Shown: piece by piece, positions 28,133 to 36,938 of the stretch
Position numbering within the stretch: position 1 is the first letter of the stretch
How the letters are laid out: the number at the start of each line of letters is the position of its first letter
NCBI GenBank assembly: GCA_050287085.1
Contig: JBNKBE010000029.1
Span: forward strand, 1 to 64,000
From: Polyangiaceae bacterium
GTDB taxonomy: Bacteria; Myxococcota_A; Polyangia; Polyangiales; Polyangiaceae
DNA: 64,000 bases
Direction of reading: 5' to 3'
Made by a program: the position numbers and the translations under genes
Notes under the pieces: model-generated
The model's database searches: none
What the model was told of the DNA's origin: nothing
Seen by the model: only the letters and a program-made list of their open reading frames with translations

Positions 28133-28291
28133 AACGGCTTGCCAATAGCCCGCGAGGAGCTACCGGCAAGACCTTTCAGGTAGCGAGGCTACCGGCAAAC
28201 CGTGGCGGCTACCAGACGCCACCTTCAGGAGACCTTCAAGCTGAGCGAGGCGCTTCAGGCGCCCCGTCGGAGTTTCTTGGCCTTGGTGGGC
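28133..28291 (-). other. attC site
   Basis: AACGGCTTGCCAATAGCCCGCGAGG...CCCCGTCGGAGTTTCTTGGCC, closely similar to 20928-21088. Confidence 0.85.
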
Positions 28292-28297
28292 CTGGGG

Positions 28298-28723
28298 TTA
28301 ACTTTTGTGGGTCCAGCCGCCACCCAACTGGCGTTCTCGAAACTGCTCTCGCAGCTCACTGCGAGCATTGCCCGCAAGAAGTTCGCAGGGGTCGAACCAG
28401 TGCTCGGTGACGCGGCGAGCGAGAACAACGGGGAGAGCGCCAATGAACTCAGCGTTGTCGGGGCAGCGTAGGTGCCAAAGGCCGTAGCGTTCAGGTGGCT
28501 CGCGGAGGCAGATAACCTCTTTCACGCCACCGTTGCAGTTCGTCGCGACGACAACGATCGGTCCTGGAAGCTCGCCTCGAGGCACACGGATAACGATGTC
28601 GTGGTGGAACTCACCCTGCTGCCAGTGGTCCACGAGTTCGTACGACCCAAACTCAGACTTCAAGAGCTCCAGCAGCGAGCTCAACACCATCGAGTCAGCG
28701 AGTCTTTGAATGAGCATTGGCAT
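28298..28723 (-). CDS. Conserved-looking hypothetical cassette protein
   Basis: HWQQGEFHHD, VATNCNGGVKEV and HWFDPCELL motifs. Stop lies 6 nt from the attC. Confidence 0.7.
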   Translation of the reverse strand: MPMLIQRLADSMVLSSLLELLKSEFGSYELVDHWQQGEFHHDIVIRVPRGELPGPIVVVATNCNGGVKEVICLREPPERYGLWHLRCPDNAEFIGALPVVLARRVTEHWFDPCELLAGNARSELREQFRERQLGGGWTHKS

Positions 28724-28739
28724 AGGTTGCTAGTCCAGG

Positions 28740-28943
28740 CTAGTACGCGGCGAAGTCGTCGATGTAGTCGTGATCGATGTAGTCGCGTTCGACGACGATC
28801 GTCTTGACCTGGAGCGTCTTGAAATAGTCCTCGAAGTAGTTCGAACGCAGCTTGCTTCCGACAACCGCTTCCGACGCATCGGTGTTTTGGATGAGGAGCC
28901 TTCGGAGAGCCTCAATGCTATACGATTCGACTTGGAAAGGCAC
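28740..28943 (-). pseudogene. Truncated paralog (N-terminal 67 aa) of the 25476..26999 peptidase
   Basis: YSIE..KL..YFEDYF...V.T.VVER.Y.DHDY..DFAAY aligns without gaps to the N-terminus of copy A, then TAG. Confidence 0.85.
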
Positions 28944-28970
28944 AGTGCAGCGCGAAGTCCCTGGCGGACG

Positions 28971-29159
28971 TCAGATTGTTACCGTCAAGCGCAACGTCTG
29001 GGGATCCAGCTCCTCCGCCTTGTGCAGCGTTTCGACGCGGTTCACGACTGGGGGCTCGATCGAAGCGAAAGCGCGATCTGCGTCTCCATTGGACAAGCGC
29101 GCCTCGACCTGTTCCATAACGCCCTTGAAATGCTCAGCATTTTTGTCGTTAGTCGGCAC
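28971..29159 (-). CDS. 62-aa partner protein, copy B
   Basis: GTG start with GAGGAG RBS; C-terminal LHKAEELDPQTLRLTVTI; lies 27 nt upstream of the truncated peptidase. Confidence 0.7.
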   Translation of the reverse strand: MPTNDKNAEHFKGVMEQVEARLSNGDADRAFASIEPPVVNRVETLHKAEELDPQTLRLTVTI

Positions 29160-29251
29160 GTTGGTGTGGCTCCTCGTGTTGTGTCGCTGAGTCCTTGCAT
29201 AGCTTGGGCCCCGGGCCAAGTGACTTTTGGAAAGGTGGCAGTTTGTTCCTG

Positions 29252-29328
29252 CGGCTCTGGGTTTAACCCGTGAGCTCAGCAAGGCGAGGTGCTGCCAGCC
29301 CCGCCGGCTTCAAACCCCCTTGTTGGGC
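29252..29328 (-). other. Internally deleted attC (relative of 19280-19435)
   Basis: CTGGGTTTAACCCG...CAGCAAGGCGAGG.GCTGC.AGCCCCGCCGG.TTCAAACCC..TTGTTGGGC. Confidence 0.75.
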
Positions 29329-29414
29329 AGCCGTCGTTTCGGTGTCTGGTTCCTCGGTTTGGGGCTGTGCTCTGGCGTGAAGAGACCGGAGGCGATCGCG
29401 AAAAGGAGCGCGAG

Positions 29415-29738
29415 CTACTTGACGGGAATACAGTGGCCAACGCGACATGTTGCTTCAAGGGGAACCGGTCCTGAACCACAACATGTGCGTCGGGGGATCA
29501 AGGCTCGAGCAAAGGCGAACTTGTCGTCGAACGCAGTCACGAACTCGCGACGAACGCTGGCGCCTGAGCAACCCCAGGCGATGAGGGCACATTCGGAAGA
29601 ATAATGGCAGCTTTGATGGCTAGCGACGAAGGTGCGCATACGTTCGGTCAGAATACAGTCGACTTCTAGAGGAAGGTCAGCGCGGCAGCCGAGCGCCCCC
29701 AGGCAGAGGACCAAAACTGGGGCGCGGGTATTCTTCAC
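29415..29738 (-). CDS. Small Cys-rich lipoprotein
   Basis: GTG start; LCLGALGC lipobox; C-terminal C...CRVGHC pattern. Confidence 0.55.
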   Translation of the reverse strand: MKNTRAPVLVLCLGALGCRADLPLEVDCILTERMRTFVASHQSCHYSSECALIAWGCSGASVRREFVTAFDDKFAFARALIPRRTCCGSGPVPLEATCRVGHCIPVK

Positions 29739-30058
29739 ACGGCTCCTCGCGGGGTGGGAGCCCAGGGCACGCCACGGCGTTCGGACATTGGGAGCTGTAA
29801 CAGTCGAGTAGCCAGGGAACTTTGCTCGCGGCTGGTTGATTTTGAACCGAACCGGGTTGGTTGAAGTCATCACCTGCGGGTAGCGACGAAGCCGAGCGAC
29901 GCCCGGAGCGGATGATCACGACATCGCAAGGGTCAGGAGCCAACCGATGACTGCGTCAGAGAGGTGTTCAGCAGAGCGCTTACCGTGTCGACGGAGGAGC
30001 GTGCCGTAGCAATCAAACGGCGGTACGTGGCGTAGTCTCGTCGTGGTAAGCGTATGGA

Positions 30059-30556
30059 ATGGACATCGAGATCGGGCCTGGGGACGCGTCGGACGCGGAA
30101 ATTGGGGACTTGTTGAACGAGGCGTACGTGGAGGACGGGCACACGTCACGAGCAGGAGCGGAGAGCGTGTTCGCGCCAGGAGCGGTTCGAGCACGAGGAA
30201 TGCTGCTATGTGCTCGAGACGGGGTCGGTATGCTGCGCGGAATGGTGGTGGTTGTGGAAGCGGGTTCGGTGGCGGCGAGGCTTGCGCAGGATGGCGAAGT
30301 AGAGATGCATCTGCTAGCGGTCAGCAAAGCAAGTCGGGGACGGGGGATTGGCCGCGCGCTGGTCGAGGCGAGCATCGAGGAAGCAAGGAGACGAGGCGCG
30401 AGCCGAATGCTGCTGTGGACTCAGCCTCGAATGGTCGCGGCGCAAGCTCTGTATCGTTCGAGTGGCTTCGTGAGGCTACCCGAGAAAGACTTCTCGCGTT
30501 CAGACAGGGCATTTCTAGTCTTCCAGCGAACGTTGCGGAGCGCCAGCGACGGCTAG
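30059..30556 (+). CDS. GNAT N-acetyltransferase
   Basis: LAVSKASRGRGIGRALV; LWTQPRMVAAQALYRSSGF. Confidence 0.9.
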   Translation: MDIEIGPGDASDAEIGDLLNEAYVEDGHTSRAGAESVFAPGAVRARGMLLCARDGVGMLRGMVVVVEAGSVAARLAQDGEVEMHLLAVSKASRGRGIGRALVEASIEEARRRGASRMLLWTQPRMVAAQALYRSSGFVRLPEKDFSRSDRAFLVFQRTLRSASDG

Positions 30557-30690
30557 AGGGCTTCGACGAGAAAGTCCTGGCCCTCTACGCCCGCGGCATG
30601 ACCACCCGCGACATCCAGGGGCACCTGCGAGAGCTGCTCGTTCTACGTGGCCATGGGCGTGGGCGTCGACGGGCACCGCGATGTCCTTGG
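30555..30690 (+). mobile_element. IS256-family transposase fragments
   Basis: GFDEKVLALYARGMTTRDIQGHLREL and YVAMGVGVDGHRDVLG. Confidence 0.8.
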
Positions 30691-30740
30691 GCGAGCAGGC
30701 CGCCGAGCGAGTGGGGGCACTTCCGGGGGGCTTGAGCGAG

Positions 30741-30904
30741 CCCCGGAAGTTGTCGAAGTCTCCGGGGGCGCTCCCGTAAGCCCCCAAAAGTTCTCAAGGT
30801 CTTGGGCTGGGCTCCGGGGAGGTCCCAAAAGTTCTCGAAGTCTGGGGTTGAGCTCCGGGGAGGCACGCCCAGGCTCTCAAAGTCTCCGGGTGGGCTCCGG
30901 GCAG
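30741..30904. repeat. Degenerate tandem repeat of about 41 bp (4 copies)
   Basis: Consensus approximately CCCAAAAGTTCTCGAAGTCTNGGGNTGGGCTCCGGGGAGG at 30741, 30781, 30823 and 30864. Confidence 0.6.
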
Positions 30905-31395
30905 TTCCGCCATAGTTGGTCGGGTCGGGGAGGGCACAGCGGGGAGCTCCACTTCAGTTGTCTAGCTTCAGCCGGGGGCGGCGGGGAGCCCTGGCCCAGT
31001 TGTCCCGCTTTCCTTTCGGGCGGGCGCCAGGGGTCACGGAGTGGAAAAAGTAAGTTCGCAGGCAGCCGCCATCGTGGCCAGAGTTTGTCGGCGTCATGCA
31101 GTCAGCAGCCCTTAGTGTGCCAGCACTCGATCGGGCATGAAGTCTCCTGAAGACTCGGGTCCGGGAAGCGCACGCGACCAGGCGTGGTCGTAGTTTGCCG
31201 CTGTGCGCAAGCGCCACTTGTACAATCGGGGCGCGCGGGGTCGGCTCATGGCCTGCGCCGCCTGGGGTTCAGCTGAAGGCGGGGTGAGGGCTTCAGCCCG
31301 CGGCGGGCGCCACGTCTTTCCCTGCAACCGCGCCTGGTCGGGGTCGAAAGCGCCGTTGACCACCGCCTTTGGGTCGCCTAACGTACGAGGACTCG

Positions 31396-32418
31396 ATGCG
31401 TCAAACGCCGTTCTACTGCCGGAGCCGGGGGCTCCCGCTCTTGGCGTTGCTAGCCGGGACCTGCCCTGGATGCGAGCCAGGTCCGCTCCGACTTCCACGG
31501 CGAACCGCAAACGTTCACGGCCCGGGGGACGCGGGAACTGATGCCGCGGGGCCCATCAAAGTGACGCCTTCGGCCGGTGATGCGCAGACTGCGGGCGGCG
31601 ACGCCGCAGGCGCTAGGGGCGAAGATGAGTCCGGTGCTGCGGATGATTCCAGCGACGCAGTCGGTGACATCGCCGGAGCCGCCACCGGTGATCTGGACAG
31701 CGACGCCGAGAACGATAGCGACGCCGAGAACGATAGCGACGCCGATGCACAGACCGTCGGCTCTTGCGAGCAGGCCGACAAGTGCGGGTCAGACGAAGCC
31801 GACGCTGGCGTGGTGGAAACCCCCGTGTGCGGCGACGGTCGCGTCACTGGCACGGAGGTCTGTGATGATCGGGTGCTATCGGCGGAGATTGGCGCCTGCA
31901 ATCCAGAGTGCACAGGGTACTACACGAAGAAGCGTATCCTTCGTTCCAAGGACGTTTATGGCACGGACCTCGGCGGGATTGCCGGCGCCGATGCGATCTG
32001 CGCTGCGGACTTTGGCGCCGGCTGGAAGGCGCTGCTGGTGGGTGACACGCGCCGAGCGACAGTGACGCCGTACCTTGGGGACGAACAGCTGGATTGGGTT
32101 CTGCACAAGTACACTTATTACTACAACGAAGAGAACACCCTCGTGTGGCGCACGGAACGCGTTGCGCTGTTGGGGGCCAAAGAGGGGCAAGCTGTGCCCT
32201 TGTTGACGCCGCTGTTCGATCCGTTTGGGACGCCAGCAGGTTACCCATGGAGCGGCTATGACATCGACTGGACTACCATTGCGGGCGGGACGTGTGAGAG
32301 CTGGACGGCCGCTTCCGGAACCGGTCCCGGCTATTTCGTCACGCCCCTTCTCGACGTGGTCGCCTCGGAGGTGTGTGAGGACACCCCTTGGACTTACATC
32401 CTGTGCGTGGAGCAGTAG
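31396..32418 (+). CDS. Secreted/lipoprotein with myxobacterial Cys repeat (DUF4215-like) and DUF1554-like domain
   Basis: PVCGDGRVTGTEVCDD; DLGGIAGADAICAAD..WKALL..RRA..DWVL; C-terminal ILCVEQ. Confidence 0.75.
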   Translation: MRQTPFYCRSRGLPLLALLAGTCPGCEPGPLRLPRRTANVHGPGDAGTDAAGPIKVTPSAGDAQTAGGDAAGARGEDESGAADDSSDAVGDIAGAATGDLDSDAENDSDAENDSDADAQTVGSCEQADKCGSDEADAGVVETPVCGDGRVTGTEVCDDRVLSAEIGACNPECTGYYTKKRILRSKDVYGTDLGGIAGADAICAADFGAGWKALLVGDTRRATVTPYLGDEQLDWVLHKYTYYYNEENTLVWRTERVALLGAKEGQAVPLLTPLFDPFGTPAGYPWSGYDIDWTTIAGGTCESWTAASGTGPGYFVTPLLDVVASEVCEDTPWTYILCVEQ

Positions 32419-33996
32419 GTGACAGCACAACGCCCCGTCACGGAGCCTGAAGCGCTGCGCTCCCGGGAACTGCGCCCTTGGGAAACCAGCAGTGCGCTCT
32501 TGCTTGGCGGCGCGGCCGTCATGGCGATCGAGGTTCTCGGTACGCGGGTGGTGGGACCGGTGTTCGGGGTCAGCCTGTTCGTCTGGGCCGCGCTTCTCAG
32601 CGTCACGTTGTGCTCGCTGGCTGCGGGTTATTGGCTCGGTGGGACTTGGGTCGACAGGGCACCCGCGCCGCGGCTGCTTGGGCGCGTCCTCGCCCTGGGC
32701 GGTGCCCTTCTGGCCCTCGTGATCCCGCTGCGCGGAAGCGTCCTTTTGGCTGCGGCGGAGTTGGGACCGCGCCTTGGGCCGCTGGTAGCCGCGCTAGTGC
32801 TCTTCGTGCCGGCCTTGACGGCGCTCGGCGCCGTTGCGCCTGTCGTCGTGGGTTTGGAAGGTGGACAAGCCATGGGCGCCGGGCGCAGCGTGGGCAAGGC
32901 TTACGCGCTGTCCACTTTGGGTAGTTTGGCGGGGACGCTGATCATAAGCTTCTGGCTCATTCCCGAGTTCGAAACGCACACCATCTTGTGGGGCACGGCG
33001 GCGGCCGTGACTGCGCTGGGCGCGGCTCTTGCCTTTCGTCATCCTGGCAAGGGGGTACTGGCGGCGTCAGCGGCGCTCTTGCTTTGGGCAGCGCAGAGTG
33101 GCGATACCGAGCGCCCTGCACGGTACGCCGTGCGGGCGGAGGCGGAGTCGCTGTATGGCCGGGTGCAGGTGATCGACGACACGGAACGGAAGGTGCGCTT
33201 CCTGCGTTCGGACCACTCCGTTGTGGGGGCGCATTGGCTGGCGGACAACAGCGCGGCGTTTGCTTTCCTGCACGTGCTAGAGTCGTTGCCGTACTGGTAC
33301 CCCGCAGGGCAGCGCGCGTTGATTCTTGGCCTCGGCAGTGGGTCGTTGCCCACCGCGTTGTCCCCCCGCGGCGTACGCTCGGACGTCGTCGAGATCGATC
33401 CCGCGATCGTGCGCTTCGCGAAGGGCTACTTTGGCTTCGTGCCGAACGGCGGCGTGTACGTGGAGGACGCGCGGCGCTACGTGCGAGACACGAGCGAGAA
33501 CTACGACTTCATCGTGCACGACATGTTCACGGGCGGGGTGACGCCGGACCATCTGATGAGCACCGAGATCTTTTCGGAGCTTAGAGAGCTACTGACGCCC
33601 GAGGGTGTGCTCGCCGTCAACTTCGTCGGCTTTCAATCGGCGCCCAAGAACACCGCTACCCTGGCGCTCATGGCGACACTGCGGAGCGTCTTCCCGCACG
33701 TGCGGGCTTTCCGAGACAAGGACCCCGCGAAGGACCCCGACAAGCTGGGCAACATCATCTTCTTTGCGTCCAAGGTGCCCCTCGAGTTGCACATTCCGGC
33801 AGGCGAGCGCTTCTTCGACGGCACCTGCGCCCAGATCTTACCCGCCCTCAGCGAGTGGGAACTCACCGCGCGCCTCGCCGGCGGCCAGGTCGTCACGGAC
33901 GAGCACAACCCCCTGGCGCGCCATCAACTCGCCAGCGCCGCGGAGCACTACCACGCGATGAACCAGCTCTTGCCGATTGGGGTTTGGGTGAACTGA
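32419..33996 (+). CDS. Fused membrane (MFS-like)/spermidine synthase-like methyltransferase
   Basis: N-terminal TMs with E.LG.R...P.FG; ESLYG; LILGLGSGSL; VVEIDP; DAR; TDEHNP. Confidence 0.9.
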   Translation: MTAQRPVTEPEALRSRELRPWETSSALLLGGAAVMAIEVLGTRVVGPVFGVSLFVWAALLSVTLCSLAAGYWLGGTWVDRAPAPRLLGRVLALGGALLALVIPLRGSVLLAAAELGPRLGPLVAALVLFVPALTALGAVAPVVVGLEGGQAMGAGRSVGKAYALSTLGSLAGTLIISFWLIPEFETHTILWGTAAAVTALGAALAFRHPGKGVLAASAALLLWAAQSGDTERPARYAVRAEAESLYGRVQVIDDTERKVRFLRSDHSVVGAHWLADNSAAFAFLHVLESLPYWYPAGQRALILGLGSGSLPTALSPRGVRSDVVEIDPAIVRFAKGYFGFVPNGGVYVEDARRYVRDTSENYDFIVHDMFTGGVTPDHLMSTEIFSELRELLTPEGVLAVNFVGFQSAPKNTATLALMATLRSVFPHVRAFRDKDPAKDPDKLGNIIFFASKVPLELHIPAGERFFDGTCAQILPALSEWELTARLAGGQVVTDEHNPLARHQLASAAEHYHAMNQLLPIGVWVN

Positions 33997-34261
33997 GGGC
34001 GGGGAAAGTCGCGGAGCCGTCGCCACTCCGGCTTCCGCTTCTGGCTGCTCTTCCGCGCTCGCCACGGCGGTTGTGGGTGCCGCGGTCGATGCAAACGCGA
34101 AGGGGCGCTCCGACGCGGAATGCCGCGCAAGTCATTGGAGTCATGCTCTTCCAACGGCCTTTCCGCCTAGACGTAATGCAAACGGCGCCTCCTGTCGAGC
34201 TGTGGTAGGGCTATCGCCGCGGCGTCGTCGGTGCTACCGAGAGGAGCAGACGGCAGAGATC

Positions 34262-35245
34262 ATGAAGGCGATTGTTTACAAGACGTACGGTCCTGCTGAG
34301 GTCCTCCAACTCGAAGAGCGTCCGACACCCCAAGTGGGCGCACACGAGGTACTCATCCAGGTTCGAGCTGTGGAAGCCACCAAGTCCGACTGCGAAATGC
34401 GAAGCCTCCAGTTTGCCGTGAACTGGTTTGTTTGGCCGCTGCGGCTTTTTCTGGGGCTCAGGGCGCCGCGGCGCCCAGTCCTCGGCAACTACTTCTCGGG
34501 CGTGGTCGCCGAGGTGGGGCCCCGCGTCACGCGCTTCTCCAAGGGCGATGCGATCTTTGGAGGAAGTCAATTCCGATTCGGAGGCTACGCCGAGTACGTC
34601 AGCGTTCCGGAAACCTACTCGCTCAGTTTGCTACCAACGCACACGAGCTTCGAGGAGGCAGCGGTGCTGCTGCTGGGCGGGTACAACGCCATGCACTTCA
34701 TGCACCTCGCAAACATTCGCCCTGGAGAGCGTGTGCTCGTTGTCGGTGCCGGCGGTAGCATCGGCGCCTTTGCCGTGCAGATAGCTCGTGCGATGGGGGC
34801 AGAGGTGACGGCGGTGGATGCCCCACACAAGGAAGCGGGCATTCGCGGCTTTGGCGCATCTCAGTTCATCGACTACACGAGGCAAAACTTCTGGGAAACG
34901 GACGCGCGCTATGACGTCGTATTCAGCCTCGTGGCGCGCATGGAGTACCGGCACGCACTGGCGGTGCTGAACCCAGGCGGGCGCTACTTGATGGGGAACC
35001 CAAAACTGTCAGACATGCTCCGCGCCGTGTGGACCAACGGGTTTTCAGACAAACACGCCTCGTTTGCTTTTGCGCCTGAGCGACAAGAAGATCTCGAGCG
35101 CATCAAGAGCTGGGTAGAGCAGGGGCGCATCAAGGCGCCCCTCGACCGGGTCTATCCTTTCGAGCAGGCCGCTGCCGCACACCAGCGCGTCGAGCTCGAA
35201 GAGCGCGTGGGTTGCGTCGTGTTGAGCCCGGTAGCTCGTGGCTAG
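34262..35245 (+). CDS. NAD(P)-dependent medium-chain dehydrogenase/reductase
   Basis: MKAIVYKTYGPAEVLQ; VLVVGAGGSIG; LDRVYPFEQAAAAH. Confidence 0.9.
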   Translation: MKAIVYKTYGPAEVLQLEERPTPQVGAHEVLIQVRAVEATKSDCEMRSLQFAVNWFVWPLRLFLGLRAPRRPVLGNYFSGVVAEVGPRVTRFSKGDAIFGGSQFRFGGYAEYVSVPETYSLSLLPTHTSFEEAAVLLLGGYNAMHFMHLANIRPGERVLVVGAGGSIGAFAVQIARAMGAEVTAVDAPHKEAGIRGFGASQFIDYTRQNFWETDARYDVVFSLVARMEYRHALAVLNPGGRYLMGNPKLSDMLRAVWTNGFSDKHASFAFAPERQEDLERIKSWVEQGRIKAPLDRVYPFEQAAAAHQRVELEERVGCVVLSPVARG

Positions 35246-35313
35246 AGACGTTCGCGGCCTTGGACCTCGTTCTCGTCGCGAAGCGCGATGCCCACTTGCA
35301 GTCCGGTACTTTG

Positions 35314-36636
35314 TCAGCGCAAGAAGAGGTTGGTTTGCACGACGGTGACGATAGCCTGTGACAGAACCAAGCCCGACTCAACGAAAGCGTGCTCGGCAAC
35401 GTCCAGGCTGTGCGTCTGGTCATCCGTGAGCGAAAAGGCGTCGGCCGGAGTATTCCGATCGACCGCGAACTGCGCCCATTGAAGGAGAAAACAGCGCCGC
35501 GTTTCCGTGCGGTCGCTCAGCAGTCTGGCGAGCTCGAGAGGCCCGTCGAACGTGGGTTCGTCGGCAATGAGATGCGCGGGAATCCAACCCTGCGTCTCGT
35601 TCTCTGCTGCGCCGGGCCGCGGGTTCCAGCGGCCATCGGAGTCGAAACCGATGAAGGCAAATCCGGGACTGTTCACCAACTCGTGGCACGCTCCGCCACA
35701 CTCAGACGAAACCTCGAGCATTTGCTGTCGCACTGACCGCATCTCGTCCAGCGGTGAAATGGGCATGAACACCCGAGGCAGCACGCTGCAAAACAAGGGC
35801 TCCGCCACCATCCAACTGCGTTTGGCCGGCCATGGCGGATTGGTGAGACTGGCGAAGTACGAAAGTGCACCGGCGCTCGACAGCAACCCAGCGCGCGGCT
35901 CGCCTGCTGGATAGTCCACCTTGCGAAGCTCCGTGCCCAAAATCCCGTCGACGCCGTACACCTCGGCCAACGCCGCATTCATGAACGTGTAGGGCGCCGT
36001 CATCAAATCTTCGAAGGTCCCGTCCACGTCCAGGGTGAGGTGAACGCCCAAGGCGGGAACCTCCTCTCGCAACGACGCGTCCAAGCTCTCGAGCTGAGCG
36101 GACCTATCGGTCTCATCAAAGTAGAGCCACCACCGCACGAAGCGAGCCACGCCCTCCCTGGCCCGTTCGTCGCGCAGCATCTTCTCGGCAGCCTGGCCAA
36201 CGGCTTCGCGGGATGGCATGGCCCCCAACAGCACTGCAACCTCGGCCACGCCCTGTCCGCTCCAGATCATGTCCGCCAAACGCTGGGCAAGCGCCTCAGT
36301 AGGTGCAAACGCGATGTCAGGTTCGGGCAGCGGAATCGTCGGAAGTTCCGGCTGAGGCGCGCTGCCCGCGGAGCTTGCGTCGCCAACGCCAGCCGACCCA
36401 CCGTTGTTCAGCAGGGTGTCGTCGTCGAGACCAGGCGCCGCCCCGTTGCCCGATGGGCTCTCAACGCCTGTGACCATGCCGGTGCCTTGCTCTGCCCCAG
36501 AAGGAGCAGCCGCTGCATTCGACGGGTCGCCCGCACCTGCAGGTCCGGCCTCACCGCACCCGACAGCCGTAGCCAGCACGGGCGCGACCACGGTTGACAG
36601 CCACCCGCCGGGCGAGAGCGCAAGGCGCTTTGCCAT
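35314..36636 (-). CDS. DUF1592/DUF1588/DUF1585 (PSD-type) lipoprotein
   Basis: TAVGC lipobox; MLRDERAR..V.RF..WW; YTFMNAALAEVYGV; RAGLL; ACHELV.SPGFAF..FD..GRW. Confidence 0.8.
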   Translation of the reverse strand: MAKRLALSPGGWLSTVVAPVLATAVGCGEAGPAGAGDPSNAAAAPSGAEQGTGMVTGVESPSGNGAAPGLDDDTLLNNGGSAGVGDASSAGSAPQPELPTIPLPEPDIAFAPTEALAQRLADMIWSGQGVAEVAVLLGAMPSREAVGQAAEKMLRDERAREGVARFVRWWLYFDETDRSAQLESLDASLREEVPALGVHLTLDVDGTFEDLMTAPYTFMNAALAEVYGVDGILGTELRKVDYPAGEPRAGLLSSAGALSYFASLTNPPWPAKRSWMVAEPLFCSVLPRVFMPISPLDEMRSVRQQMLEVSSECGGACHELVNSPGFAFIGFDSDGRWNPRPGAAENETQGWIPAHLIADEPTFDGPLELARLLSDRTETRRCFLLQWAQFAVDRNTPADAFSLTDDQTHSLDVAEHAFVESGLVLSQAIVTVVQTNLFLR

Positions 36637-36938
36637 CAAGGCCACGTTCCCTGGAGACGCCGAACCACCCATGCGATGCATCCTGACACGACAGAGGCGA
36701 ACAAAGGTGGAACCCTCAGAGAAAACGGCCAGACTTTGCGGGGATTTGGAGCGTGAAGAGACACGCGATGACGGATCGCTGAAAATTTCGGCGACGAGCA
36801 CACCAACGTGCGGGAACCGGAAGGAGAAATCGAGGCAGACACGGGGCACCGCACAGCGCTGCGAGTTGGGCCAGACACGAAAGGGGTTTGGCGGGTCACG
36901 TCGCGCTGGTGGCGGAGCCTCAACCCAGATTCGGACAG

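Noticed and set aside
18512..29328. Spaced repeats as a CRISPR array
   Set aside because: Repeats are 75-160 bp, separated by whole genes, and have attC geometry. No cas genes.
29740..31390. Integron integrase / attI at the upstream end of the array
   Set aside because: No tyrosine-recombinase motifs (R, HxxR, Y) in any listed frame. Only a GNAT, IS256 fragments and repeats are present.
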